This document shows, one piece after another, positions 14,503 to 28,299 of a stretch of DNA of 64,000 nt (positions are counted from its first letter, which is position 1; every line of letters starts with the position of its first letter). The position numbers and the translations under genes are program-made. The notes beneath the pieces were generated by a model that saw nothing but the letters and a program-made list of their open reading frames with translations, ran no database searches and was not told the origin of the DNA. The DNA is taken from the NCBI RefSeq assembly GCF_026210795.1, contig NC_089435.1, positions 4,588,001-4,652,000 of the forward strand, read 5' to 3'. This stretch comes from Rhizophagus irregularis. Lineage: Eukaryota.

Positions 14503-15689
14503 TAGTTCCATTTTACGGACGTTGAACATGGTAGAGCATTTCCGTTACTGAATAAAATTTGTTATGTCGTCAAATATTTTATATTTTTTTAAATTTAATA
14601 AATTATTTGAAGAGTGTTAATTATTTTATACTAATATAAATGCTGCAAAATATTACCGATATAACGAAGAACACTTCACACACAGGCAAAATCAAAATAT
14701 TGTGTTAGAGGGGACTCAGCAATTGAAGCGAAGCGCGTGAACACAATGAAGATGCTTAATATATCTTATGGAATGACAATGGAAGACATTAGTTTAAGAT
14801 TTATCATCAAACAAACCGAATAATGATTTTACGACTATCACAGTAAATAAAATAGAAGTTAATACATTCTTATTCATCATTCTTTAAAATGTCAATGCCC
14901 CAAGGTCCCCGAGCCAACGTTTCCAACTGTAGAAATTCTCTCATAAACCTGATTTTAATTGATGAATTCTATTTGGGATGGCGGGAGTGGACATAGCGTA
15001 CTTAAATTTAGAAATTGTAATGATAATTACTAGTTAATTTTAGGTGTGAGATGATCACTCAGACCTTATTTTTCGTGGGGTGAGATTAATTAGTCATATA
15101 GAATTCATATATGCAATTATTACATTATCTTTACTAATCAAAAAACTCTGAAAGATACTTTATTTGTAAATCAATAAAAAAAATTTAGTCGTTATTGTCG
15201 TCATTGTGCTCATTGTACTTATAGCTGATGTTGCGTTGATGGCTGTTGCAGCTGATAATAGTATTGCAGTATGGCAGCTGTTGCAGTTGTTGTTGTTGTA
15301 GTTAGTGCTATTGGTTCTGTTGATTCTGTTGATTCTGTTGATGCTGGTTGATATTGCAGCTGATAATGGTAGAGATAATGCATTGTAATATTGAATGGAT
15401 ACTTGAATATATAAATTTAACCGTGCTACATAACATATATATTTTATTATAAAAGTCTTTAAGAAATTTGACAAACAATGAAAACATATCATAAAATATG
15501 TGTGAATTGAATTATCATGTGAGATTTCTTTTTTATTGTTTATTATATATATATATATAAATATATATATATATTATGAAATATGATCAACAAACTACTT
15601 TAAAAGCTACATTATCGGGTAAATTGCAATAAATACAAAAAGAAAATTTAAATTTAATAACATTTCCGTAAAAATGATGATGTAAATCC

Positions 15690-16442
15690 TTAATATGAAT
15701 AAATGATAAGGAATCGTGGAAGTGCGGCCTTAATTATTCAATAAATTTCGTCAATTATTATTAAACCAAATGAGTTTTTATAAAAAAGAAAAAAAAAATT
15801 AACAAAAGCAAACCTCTCCATTGGGAACAATGTACGCTCCATGGCTTCCTGTAGCAGATACAACATCCATTACGAAAATAGCTCGGAGAACTTGTATAGA
15901 TGGATCCATGATACCGACAGGACGTGCCCCGGTGTAACCATCGGAAATGGAGGAACAGGGTCCAAACCAAACATAACCTAATCCAACCGGAAAGCAAAAA
16001 TTTTAATCCATAAGGTTTTTCGGATAAATGAGTTTGACACGTATTTCAAATGTTTTTATGTTTTTAACAAACCATTTGAAAGCCTGGGACCGTAACGGAT
16101 TATACCACAAACACTTAAAGGAAAAGAAATAAATAAACATCAGCATCTGTATATCGCGATAGATTGATGAATTGCCAAATTTTAAATTTACCCGCATCCG
16201 CTATTCTGACACAACTTGCTAAAATCAGAGATTTTTGTAATATCACAACAATGTTTAGTTCCATGATATAAACGTAGGGCTGCCTGTGAACTTTTAAAAG
16301 TTTCGTGTCTATTTGCGATATCACTTGGCATATCAATTTTGATTATGGAATGAATCCTCGCATGGGATAAACCACTCATGAATTGAGTACTAATGGAAGT
16401 GTATTCTGTGTCAGTAGATTTTAAATAAGTTAGAGTAGCCAT
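15690..16442 (-). CDS. Stand-alone PARP-like ADP-ribosyltransferase catalytic domain (4 exons, about 165 aa)
   Basis: RLYHGTKHCC...CQNSGCGVCGIIRYG, YVWFGPCSSISDGY, RAIFVMDVV, AYIVPNGEAALPRFLIIY*; GT-AG introns link the fragments. Confidence 0.75.
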
Positions 16443-18077
16443 TATTTTTTTTTATAATTAAAAAAAATTATTTTTTTACAAACATGATTGCGAAAATCTA
16501 GGGTTTATATCTCGTTTACGCGTGGTTAAATTACTTGTAGAAACCCGAATATTTTTTTTCGAGTTAATCTCTTCATGATTTAGAATCATTCGTGTTTTCA
16601 TACAAAATCAAAAGATATTGTCATCTTTTAATTATTCTTCGTTGTTCTTTTTTTTAAAAAATTTATTTTTCTCATTACATTCTTTTATCATTAAAGAAAA
16701 ATTACGTATGTGAATATTTTGGCCAAAGTTACATAATTTATTGATTTAAGTCCAAGCCAAAGTCTAATCTATCATATTTCTTTTTTTATTATTATTATAT
16801 AATAAATATGCATAGTTGTATTGGCTAATTGTTACACTATCATATGTTTCAATAAATTAGTTAATCAATTTCATTACAAATATGATATGGGAATCACATG
16901 ATAATTAAGCAAAAAAAGAGCTGATCCCGAATGTAAAATAATAATTTTTTTTTTTTGCCAATTAAAATCAGGACATTTTTACCTCCAATATATTTTATTT
17001 CAAATTCGTAATATTTCCTTTACCAACAATAAATTTTTCCTACCTTGCATATAAATTCACACATAATATTGCATAAAAAGAAAAAGGAATCAAAAAAATT
17101 TTTTGCAGCTTCATTGTTATGATTTTTTTTTACCCCAAATTACCCCAATGATTTTTGTTGTCACATGAACAATTTTATTATACACCTGCAGGAGAAAAGG
17201 TATGACAAAATGGACTTTATAACGTCATTAGTGATCTTACGTATTCATTAAAAGATTTTTTTATGCATAAAAAATTTCTAATCCAATGATTGATTGATTA
17301 ACTAACAAATTTTTTTTTATTTTTTTATACAATTTATAACATATTTCAACTACGTTATTGTTTTAATCAAAAAGCCAAAATACTATTTAAGTTAATAAGC
17401 CAAAAACTGCGGGGATATGTCGCGAAAATTACACAATTTTTTTTACTTTGAACATTGTTCAAAAATAGGTAAACTAATAATATAAATTCAATAATTTGTG
17501 ACCAAGCGTGAGAATAGATGGATGAGAGCGATTCAATACATATACGATGTGTTGTACATCTTTATATAACAACAAAGGAAAGTTCTTCATTGTTTGATTT
17601 TTCTTTTTTTTTTTTTTTTTAAGAAAAAAAAAATTTTTTATTTTACGCCCATAACCGATTTTTCGTATATAATTATATAAATTTATTTAATATTCGGTTA
17701 TCAATATAGTAATATTTTTAAAAATTTTTCGGAATTGGATCTATTGATTCTTATTTGATTCTGCAAGTATATGGCTGCAACACTAGTCAATAATTCACTT
17801 TTTAATAAACTTGGCTGTACGCGTATTTGGAAATGAAGCGGGCGTAGTCTTACAAATTTGTTATTTATGGTGGGTATTCCTAATTTTTTTTTACCTTATC
17901 CCTTACGATTGTTTGTTGTTAATTCCGAATACTTCTAAGCATTTCACATCTTCGTTTCGTTTTTATTAAGATTGAAGAATCGCGAAAATTGCCTAAGGCA
18001 ATCAACTCCCTCGTCCTTAGGCATTAGATCAATTACTAATCTTCCTAAACTTAAGAACCAGCTAAGAGGTCAAAAAT

Positions 18078-19502
18078 ATGACTTATTTAGACGATCACAT
18101 GATACAAAGAACTATGCAAAATGGCGACGTTGACATCAGTAATATAGATATTACAATAGTTTGCAATGATGATCTTCGGTTAGCTACTCAAATTGTTAAT
18201 CGATTAAGAATTAAAGGTGCAACGAAGGTTCGATTATGTTATCCAAGAGACCAAATTAAGGTGCTTATTTAATTATTTATACCGTACCATTCCGAAATTA
18301 AACAAACCCGAGAATAAGTAACCCTGGCCTGCATTATGGCGATTTTGACCAGAATTATGACTACTTTGGTCGGACTTAAGTTCAAAAAATGGTTGTTTAA
18401 TTTCGGAATGGTATGGTACCTTTATACGCTTTCATGAACAAAATAAGTAATTTTTGCATTAATTTACACAAACGGAAAAATAGTATGAAACAGCAAACAT
18501 CGAAGCGATCAAAATCCCCGTCCTTTGGGATTCTCATGATTACGGTATAACGAGTAAGTTATCTTCATATAATTTTTTTTTTAATAATAAAGGAATTTTT
18601 GAAATCGCTAAATATTTACTTCTCCCATAAGTCGACTCTACCGTCGTAATTAGTCTATTATATAATAATTTCGAAAAACAAGAGATGCTTTTTGATGCCT
18701 GTGTACAACATAGGGTTTTTCTGTTTATTACATGGGATTCTGGAATGGAATTGTAAGTTTATAATGTTTTAGAAAATAATATTTATTTTTCACAATCTTT
18801 AATTAATTAAAAGAAAAAAAAATACGGTTAATTTGAATAGAGATCCATTTATTAAAAATAAAGTGTGCCCCAGAACAAGACTGCATGAGAAACTGTTGGA
18901 ACATCAAAATATTTATGGAGATGGCCATATGCATTGGATCCTCTTTCAAATCGGAATTTTCGATGAAGAAATTCTGAAGTATGACGTTTCTACAATAACT
19001 ACTGCATTCAATTGTCCAAATCAATACATCTTTTTGAACGTTACTGTTAAAGAAGATTTGGCCCAGTTAGTTGTAGAAGCCATAACATCGAAAAAAATCC
19101 AACTTGACAGAAATTACGTCGTGGGCGATTTTATCGCTCACACATTTTTAGGTCATGCCTATCAAGTCGCAAATAACGGTAAAAAATTCACGATATGTTT
19201 TACGAAAAAAAAATTTTTTTTATTATAATTTCTAATTAAAAGTTCTACAAACAAAAGGAGCAAAATTTGATTCCAAAATGCCCGCAACGTTATCCGAATT
19301 TGAGATAACCAATCAATTGCGTTTAACTGGTATCGTATCAGCGCAACCCCTTCCGCAAATCCTGTACCCAGACAGCAGCATATATTTCCAAAAGCTTGGA
19401 ATTGAAATTTCATTCCAGCATGCTGCAATCATTTATAAAATTTTAAGGCATCATCGGCAAATCACCTTAAAAGAATGGATTTGTAAGAGAATCTTTGGTT
19501 GA
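18078..19502 (+). CDS. Divergent NmrA-like / atypical SDR Rossmann-fold protein (about 5 exons)
   Basis: LATQIV..L...G..KVR, DSTVVISL, QEMLFDAC..HRVFLFITWDSG, WILFQIGIF, EDLAQLVVEAI resemble the NmrA/isoflavone-reductase pattern; glycine-rich loop missing. Confidence 0.55.
18282..18416. mobile_element. Tc1/mariner(pogo)-type MITE inside intron 1 of the NmrA-like gene
   Basis: TIR ccgtaccattccgaaattaaacaa / ttgtttaatttcggaatggtatgg (one mismatch), TA on both flanks. Confidence 0.85.
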
Positions 19503-19613
19503 CCCAATTTTTTTCTTTCTTACTCTTTCTATTTATTCGTTTTTCTTTCATCGTAATCGTACATGACATGTCGTATCGAAATTCGAAATAATTTTATTCG
19601 AGCGGATTATAAT

Positions 19614-19677
19614 TTATGAGAAAGTATTATGAGAAAGTATTATGAGAAAGTATTATGAGAAAATATTATGAGAAAAT
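19614..19677. repeat. 13-bp tandem repeat (ttatgagaaagta) about 5 copies
   Basis: Directly visible. Confidence 0.9.
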
Positions 19678-20260
19678 GCTATATGTGAAACACTCTTTAT
19701 ATAATTTGCGGCACTATTTAAACTTACTAAGCTATTATTACCTAAGATTTGTAAGATTTTATAAGCATAAAAAAAAATAATAAATTATGATCAAATTATA
19801 AAAGGTCACGTCTCAAATTCATGTTCGCGTATATCTTCTAATAGGATTGGGTAACGTTTAACAATAAGGCTCCTATTATATCCAATGAACAGTAAAATCC
19901 CAACTGAAAACTGGAAATAATGTCTTCTAGAGCCTTCGAATGTGTTATGAAATATATAATTTTTTTGGGATCAGACGATCGTGATACTTATGATAACCGC
20001 TGCCTCGCAGTTTAAAAAAAATTGATAATTATGGCAATTATGGCAATAACATTTTTTTTTTAATAAATGATGTGATTAAACTTATAAATAAACTTGAAAG
20101 TCTGTTATTATAATAACTCTTTTTCGCTCGACTTCATTTTTTTCTTTAAGCAAAAAAAAAAAATAATAGAAAAAGGTTATTTACTTTATTGTCTTTTCTT
20201 TTATTTATGAAAATAAGACATCAACTTTTTTATATATAAACATAATATTTGATCAAGAAG

Positions 20261-21010
20261 ATGATATCTAAAGTATCAAAACCAGTTTATATTGTTGAAA
20301 ATTCTTCAATTGTGATAACATTGCCTCAAGAAATTCTTTGTGAGATATTCAATTATTTGAGAGAACATCCTGTTCATTTTACACGTGTCGCTCAAGTATG
20401 CCGTGCTTGGAATTTCGCGGCAGATAATCATCTCTTTTGGAGGCAATTAACAAAGACTCTACAACTTCCTGATCCTAAACCAAGAGCGTATAAATACAAA
20501 ACATATAAATCAATCATTTCAAAAAATTGGGGAAGATTCTGCACCTTGTGCCATTTGAAAAGAACGAGAAGTAATGGATTTCAAATCCGACCGGTTCTTG
20601 TTGATATGGTTAGGATCGACAAAATTGACTTCGAATCTAGTAAATGGTTCAAAGTGGTTCTTCATAAGGATAGAAAATCTGATGTACAAAAGGAGAAATC
20701 ATCAGAATCATCAACTGTCAATATTTGTGATGTTCAAGAGGTTGTAAAAAGCAAAGAATTACCTTCACGATATCTTAAACATCTGCTCTGTTGTAGATGT
20801 AACGCAATTTATTGCAGATATATTAGGGAGGAAGAGATTAAGGATCGTCGAAACTTGTTATCTATCAAGCTAGGAGAGTTTGGTCTTACAGTTCCGGCTA
20901 AACACAATCTATGCGATCGATTTATTTTATACGGAGATGGTAACCCTACGGATATTGCGCAAAAACTAGCTAACAACATGATGTATAAGATGTATAAGGT
21001 AAATATTTGA
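20261..21010 (+). CDS. F-box protein with Cys-pair motifs
   Basis: LPQEILCEIFNYL...RVAQVCRAWN...LFWR F-box; CTLC and CCRC pairs; C-terminal RR..L...L...GL.....LC..FI..G motif. First ATG at 20261. Confidence 0.8.
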   Translation: MISKVSKPVYIVENSSIVITLPQEILCEIFNYLREHPVHFTRVAQVCRAWNFAADNHLFWRQLTKTLQLPDPKPRAYKYKTYKSIISKNWGRFCTLCHLKRTRSNGFQIRPVLVDMVRIDKIDFESSKWFKVVLHKDRKSDVQKEKSSESSTVNICDVQEVVKSKELPSRYLKHLLCCRCNAIYCRYIREEEIKDRRNLLSIKLGEFGLTVPAKHNLCDRFILYGDGNPTDIAQKLANNMMYKMYKVNI

Positions 21011-21569
21011 TTTTACAATGTACTAATTTCTTTACCTGATTTTCAGTGATGATCAATTTAATTGATATACTGTACATGTGCTTATCACATTCATATTATT
21101 CGTACTGTAATAAATTGCTTTCCGGCATGTTTTTATAATATCAATTTAATTTTAACATTTAGAATATTCGAAATATGTATTTTTTCGCTGCAGCAGAAAA
21201 TTCTTTATGATCATTATTGCATCATGAAAAGTTTATCAGTTATATAATGATGATGAAAGTTCTAAAATTAGTTTCGGGTATAATGTAAAAAAAGATCTGC
21301 GTCCAACCACTGTGACATTGTGACATATTTACTTTGTCACATTATCTTGGCACAGTTTTTTCCTCAATTGGTCTAGTGAGTTACTTCGCCCGAACACTAA
21401 ATACTCCCAAATTGTTTTAAAATCTGCAAAAAGAATAGCACTTTCTAATTAAGGAGTTTTAGAATAAATTATTAAATTTAGCTTTTTAAGGTAAATAAAT
21501 CCAAATTCAATTCATTTTTCGAATATAAACCTGGATAATTTGAGGAGGAAAAAAAAAAAAAAAGCAAAA

Positions 21570-23020
21570 ATGTTAAAAACTCAAAATCAATCCATTTGTA
21601 ATCCTCAACAGATAAAAAGAACAATACTATTCATTTTATATACATACATTATATACCTTATCATATCTTCAATATCGAATACAAATGAAGTAAGTTTTAT
21701 AAAATTTTTTAATGAAAAAAAGAGAGATTATTTTATTATTAAATTAATTAATTATATATTTCTTTTTATTATTATTATTATTATTATTATTAGAAATTAG
21801 AAAAAGTGTCATTAAGTCAATCGGCTGGAATTAATGATGAAACCGATTTTGATATAATAAAACATGATGAAAAAGTTAATTTAAAATATTGTGGTGAAAA
21901 GACTTGTAATTTCATGTTTCCATATTTTATTCCTGAACAAGAAACAAGAGCAAATCTTCATTTTAGATCTTTAACTTTTCTCGCAGAATCACTTAATCGT
22001 ATAATGGTATTACCTAATGTTGGAAATTCAAGAATAGATTGTTGTACGAAATTTCCTTTTGAATTTTATTATGATTTAGAAAAAATGAAAAAAATGTTTC
22101 CAAGTATAAAATTCATGACACAACAAACTTTTAAAGAATGGACAAAAGAACTTTTAATTAAACCTGATACATTACATACATGGTTTATAGAAGATGGTAG
22201 AAATGATTCTTATTCTATAAGAGATCATAATCAAATGGCTGTCGAACCAGGTGTTCGTTACGAAAAAAACCTTCTTTCTAAATTATGCATAAACCAATTC
22301 GATTTAAAAATATCCGATTATATGGAATTTCATACTGGAATTGGTCATGTAAATGATTTTGAACATAAAATGTTTAATTTTTTTACGGAAAATCTTAAAG
22401 ATATAAAATCTCCTGTAATATTAATTCGAAATCGTTCTCGAAGACAAATGTTCCCATTAATTGAAGAACAAATACCATTTGCTCCTCATATTATAAAACA
22501 AGCAGATGAAATTGTAAATAAGTTACAATCATATTATTGTATTCATTGGAGAATGGAACAAGGTATATTAGAAAAAATGCCAAAATGTGCTGAAAATTTA
22601 ATCGAAACAATTAATTATCTTAAAATGACAGAAGAAATAAATAATGTATATCTTGCAACTGATTATCCTATTTCAGGAGGTAAATCAGCTTCAGATACAT
22701 TTTATAGTGTAAGAAAAGAACATAGAATAGCAATTCAAATGCTTAATTCAACGTTAAACTTTAATACTTGGGTTTCTTTAAATGCTTTCAAAGAATTTAG
22801 GAATGATAAAAAATATGATTCAGAATTTAGTAGTTCAGGTATACATGGAATTTTAGATAAATTAGTATGTATACAATCCGATTATTTTTTAAGTGGGCCT
22901 AAAGATTGTTGTAGGATACGTTCAACTTATACTAGACTTATTAGCGAAGAAAGAAAAGATTTAATAGACAATGGTGATAAGAGAATACGTAATGTTATTA
23001 CAAGATGGGGAAAATCATAG
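21570..23020 (+). CDS. GDP-fucose O-fucosyltransferase-like protein, copy 1 (most divergent); exons 21570-21689, 21794-23020
   Basis: N-terminal TM in exon 1; EQET, IHWRME, YLATD, LDKLVC..S.YF.SGP..C.R..STYT motifs of O-FucT (POFUT-like, GT-B) fold; phase-0 intron in frame. Confidence 0.8.
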
Positions 23021-23384
23021 TTATAATAATGTACAACAAATGTAATCTAATTAATTTAATACGAATCTTATATTTCTTTCGTCTAATATAAGTGTTATTG
23101 CGTAAACCTGAATTTTGGGGATGCACGTTATAAAATTAAATGCTACACTTAAAATAAAAATAATTGTACAACCACATGGAAAAATATAAACCTTACACGA
23201 AAGATTAACCAATTACATTTTAGAATTTTAGAATTTAAAATATTATAAAATACCAACACGAAATCAATTAAATAAAATTTAACTTTTGCTTTCTCGTACT
23301 CGTTCTTCATTTCAAAAATTCAACATTCCTTTTTTTTTTTTTTAATAATAAACTTTCGTATTTAGTGTAATACTATATATAAAG

Positions 23385-24913
23385 ATGAAACAGTTTAATC
23401 AAACTTCACAGAAAATTATGTTAGCGATTCAAATAACGAAGGCATCGTTATTAATTTGTTTTTTCTTTATTTTATGGTATCTTTTATATGAACAAAATAA
23501 GTTATTTTTAACTGGAGTAAGTTTTTTTTTTGAAAATCTTCTCTTTGAAATTTTATTTACCAAGTAATAATAATTTCTTTTATTAATGTTAAATAGGAAC
23601 AAGCAAATAATACGGAAACACTTACAGAAGTTCATTTATCCTCACCATCAACATTATCATCGAATATAACCTTAAATACCATAAACAATAACGATAGCAT
23701 TGAAAACCCACTAAATGAACTTAAAGAACTAAACAAAAGATATTGTGGTAACCCCACATGTAAATTTTTGTTTGTTTATAATTTTGGAGAACAAGAAACG
23801 AAAGCGAATTTACATTTTCGATCATTTAGTCAATTGGCCGAAAAATTGAATCGTACAATGATTTTAACAAATGTTGGATCTTCTCAAATTAGCGTTTGTC
23901 AAAATTTTTCATTTAATTTATATTATAATGTTACTTTACTTAAAAAAGAATTTCCTAATGTTTTATATAAATCAGAAGATGATTTTATTCTTTGGCTTAA
24001 AGAACGTGATCAAATTAAAAACAAGTTGAATAATATAAATAATAATGAAGTTATACCACCATTATCAATATTACATTCTAACCTTCGAAGATATGATATA
24101 ACATCTGAAACAATTTATAGAAATGTTAAACCAGTCGTTAGTTTGAGTGAATGTCTTTCTAAATTCGGGCCATTTATGAATCTTACCGATCCTAATAATT
24201 CTCGAGTAAAATACACAATAATGGATATTACGAAATTTGATTTGAAAACAGAACAATCACGAGCTAAATTTTCTAAATTGCTTATTGATGATCTCTCCGT
24301 TAACGAAGAAATTTTATTAGTAAATTCATATGTATTAGATCCTTTATTCCCTGTAATTATGCCAGTTATACCTTATAATGATTATATATTAAATGAAGCT
24401 CAAAAGCTAAAAGAAAAATTATCATCATCATATATTGGAATTCATTGGAGATTAGAACAATCAAGACCTGAATTATTACCAGAATGTGCTCAAGGTCTCA
24501 TTATAACATTGAACAAAATTATGAAAGAAGAAGGAATCGAAAATATTTATTTGGCAACAGATTATCCTCTTTTATCATCAAGTTCACAATCTGATACATT
24601 TACAAAAATCACTAATTATCATCATGATGCTATAAGAATGTTAAATGAAACTTTTAAAATAAATACATGGGTTTCCTTAGGAGGTTTGGAGCAATTAAGA
24701 AAAAATGAAAAATATGATACAGAATTTATTGGTCCCGGAATCCAAGGGATTTTGGATAAATTAGTTTGTGTAAATTCAAATTATTTTATAGCAGGTCCAA
24801 AGGGTTGCTCAAGAATTTTATCTACATTTACCAAAGCTATTGCAGATGAAAGAAGTAATAGATTAGATAGTGGTTTATTAAATGTAATTGATAGATGGAA
24901 AATTCCTTTGTAA
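23385..24913 (+). CDS. O-fucosyltransferase-like protein, copy 2; exons 23385-23516, 23597-24913
   Basis: TM LLICFFFILWYLLY; GEQETKA, IGIHWRLE, IYLATDY, DKLVC motifs; intron in frame. Confidence 0.85.
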
Positions 24914-24957
24914 ATTTTATTATTAATAAATCATTATTTATTATTATTCATATTAAA

Positions 24958-25693
24958 TTAACTCCATCCAGTTAACTCAAAAATCGAGACAACAAGTTCA
25001 GAAAAACTTGCTGCAACTGTTTTAGCGGCCCTTACTGCCATAGGTCCGAGATATGGAACAATTACGCCCATTAATTCTTCTGGTTCAATAAAATCATCTT
25101 GTCGACAAATAAAATATTTTCCTGCATCGTTTCGTCTAAAATAGTACTCAACAACAACTCTATATATGAAAAGCATACGTATGTCTATGAATTTAAATAT
25201 TTTTAAATATAAGAAGTGATATCATAAATTTCTCCTTTTTACCTTACTGGAACGACTATCCATGGATATAGTAATGGTTGGAGATGTTGAGTCACATCTA
25301 AAAACATCTTTCCGCTTTCTTCATTGTAACCTAATAGGGTTTAAATATTTATAAAGAAATTCCGATTTGATATTAAATAAAAAAAAAATTCTTACTTATT
25401 TCATTAATTTGTAGCTTGTTACTCCAAAAACATCCTATAAATGATAGGAATAAAATGTTAATTATTTTGAAATACCTTACTTTTTTAATAAACAAAACCT
25501 TACCTCGAAAGAATTTGAAAAGTCGAATAACCCTCTCTCTTGATCCAGGCCTAGGAGAGACATCCACTAAAAAATGATGAAATTCAAAATTTGGAATATA
25601 GGATCTTTTAACCTCCTTTTCTAGGAGCGATTTGTCAGGATTGGCAAAAATATTATTGGCAACTTTTGGAATTTCTTTCACTGGATTATCCAT
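24958..25693 (-). CDS. Conserved fungal NTF2/SnoaL-like fold protein (multi-exon), convergent with GT copy 2
   Basis: MDNPVKEI...F.HF..V....SRERVI..F, then exons ending YFICRQDDFIEPEEL...ELTGWS*; pattern typical of fungal NTF2-like hypothetical proteins. Confidence 0.65.
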
Positions 25694-26754
25694 GGTAAAG
25701 TTAGAAAGTGAGGTTTATAGAACGAAAGAATATTTAACAGAAGTTTAAATTACAAAATCTTTACGTCATTATTAAAAATAAGGGTAGCACACGAGGTAGC
25801 CGTAAATCTTTTAGCTACGTCATGATACCTATATATATATATCGATGCTTTTCCAAATTTGGCAATTGGCATTTAACCAAGTTTTCAATCGTAACACCAT
25901 TCCTTTTTTTTAACGAACTATTAAGGGCTCTTCGACTGACGAGAGTATCGGGAAAGTATATAAAAAAATTAAAATAATTATTACTATAGATAAACCGCAT
26001 TAAAAAATCTCTTCTCATGAAATAAGAAAATTTATCGAGGGGAAAAAGGGAATAAGTACTTGAATATGTCCAGATTTTTTTGTGTCCTCAGAATGTAACA
26101 ATTATGTCACCTGAGTTTCGTATGAAGTAATTGAAAATGGTGTTACAATATTCGTGTAACATGGTAGACGTTATACAATGAAATTAAATTTTGGTTAATT
26201 TCGGCATCTTTTTAGTGATGTGACTATATAGAAAAAAGTAATTAGAGCAGTCTTTATGTTTTTCTTTTTTTGTAAATGAAAGGATCGTTTTTTTTTCATT
26301 AGTTTATTTTTGTTAATTCATCGGTTGATCAACACTATTTATTATTTCTATATTAGGGATAGAAAAAAAATGAATATTGTTTCTTTAATTTATATGAAAC
26401 AAATAAAAAAAAATTATTAAAATCCTCATTTGTAACCTATATTTTTTAAATAGTTTATCAGTCATATCAGTCATAACTTCAAAATTATTTCATTATGGCG
26501 TAGTATTGTCATTATAAAATTGTCGTCATAATTTTTTGTCGAAATTTTGATCTTTGCAATAAAATTGCTTTATCATTGATACGATAAACGATAAAACGTC
26601 AAAAAGGCTTGTATTTAAGCCAAATGATGGAGCACATTAATCTAACAATCCCGATATAGGCAATAAACAAGTTTGACATGGATCGTATTTCATTATATAT
26701 CATCATTTTTTTTTTGAATAAAAGGCTGATCTCGTTTATTACTTGTACTAAAAG

Positions 26755-28258
26755 ATGACACTCCGACTGAATTCTTCGCAGAAAAAAACGCCTTTGAGTC
26801 AAATAACAAGAAATTCATTTCTGCTAATTTGTTTTTTCTTTTTATTGTGGTATATAATTAGTTCTTTTTATTTTGAACAAGAGGAATTATTATCAGATAA
26901 AGTAAATACATTTTTATAAATCTCGTAAATCTCTTCAAATATTCGTTAATTAAGTAATTTTTATTAAATAGAACGAAGAAACACTTACAGAAGTTCATCT
27001 TACTTCACTATCAACATTGTCATCGAACACAACCATAACTACTATTGCTGATAATGATAATAGTAAAAACCAATTAGAAGAACTAAACAAAAAATATTGT
27101 GGTAAACCCATATGTAAATTTTTATTTGTTTATATTATTGGAGAACAAGAAACGAAAGCGAATTTACATTTTCGATCATTTAGTCAATTGGCTGAAAAAT
27201 TAAATCGTATAATGGTTTTACCAAATGTTGGTTCTTCTCGAATTGGTACTTGTAATAAATTTCCATTTGATTTTTATTATAATATCACTTTACTTCAAAA
27301 AGAATTTCCTGATGTTTTATTTAAATCAGAAAATGATTTCATTTTTTGGCTTAAAGAACGTGATCAAATTAAAAAGATAATGAATAATAATGACAAGCCA
27401 TTATCAATATTACATTCTAGTGTTAAAATAAATAGAAGTGTTGAGAAAACATTTTATGATGACGCAGAACCAAATTTTGATGTATATGAATGTATTTCAA
27501 AATTCGAACCATTAATGAATCTCAAAGATCCTAATTCCAGAGTAAGATATACAAAAATGATTATTAAAGAAATGGACCTGATAAGGGAGAAATCTCGAGT
27601 TGAATTTTCTAAATTACTTACCAAAGTTCTCACAATCGACGAAGAAATTATATTAGTGAATGGATATGTAGTTCATCCTTTGTTTCTTCAAATTATGCCA
27701 GTTATACCTTATAATGATTATATATTAAATGAAGCTCAAAAAATAAAAGATAAATTATCTTCTTCATACATTGGAATTCATTGGAGATTAGAATCTTCAA
27801 CACCTAAATTATTACCAGAATGTGTTCAAGGTCTTATTAAAACATTAAACAAAGTTATGGAAGAAGGAGAAATTAAAAATATTTACTTAGCGACAGATTA
27901 TCCCCTTTTATCATCAAGATCACAATCTAGTACATTTGGAAAAATCACTAATTATCATCATGATGCTATAAGAACATTAAATGAAACTTTTAAAATAAAT
28001 ACCTGGGTTTCATTAGGAGGTCTGGAACAATTAAGAAAAAATGAAAAATATAATAAAGAATTAAATGGTTCTGGGATACAAGGAATTTTGGATAAATTAG
28101 TCTGTATGAATTCAAATTATTTTATATCGGGTCCAAACGGTTGCTCGAGAGTTATATCTAAATATACCAAAGCAATTGCAAATGAAAGAAGTAATAGAAT
28201 AAAAAATAAAGATAGTGATTTATTGAATGTAATTGATAGATGGGAAATTCCTTTATAA
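26755..28258 (+). CDS. O-fucosyltransferase-like protein, copy 3; exons 26755-26901, 26972-28258
   Basis: Exon 1 MTLRLN...FLLICFFFLLWYII TM, in-frame phase-0 intron, all catalytic motifs present. Confidence 0.85.
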
Positions 28259-28299
28259 ATTTTTAATTTAATTATTAATAAATTATATTAAATTAACTT

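Noticed and set aside
17771..17836. In-frame TGA as possible selenocysteine or readthrough
   Set aside because: No sustained ORF after the stop and no SECIS evident; more likely a uORF.
19614..19677. Short repeat array as CRISPR
   Set aside because: Contiguous 13-mers with no spacers, eukaryotic context, no cas genes.
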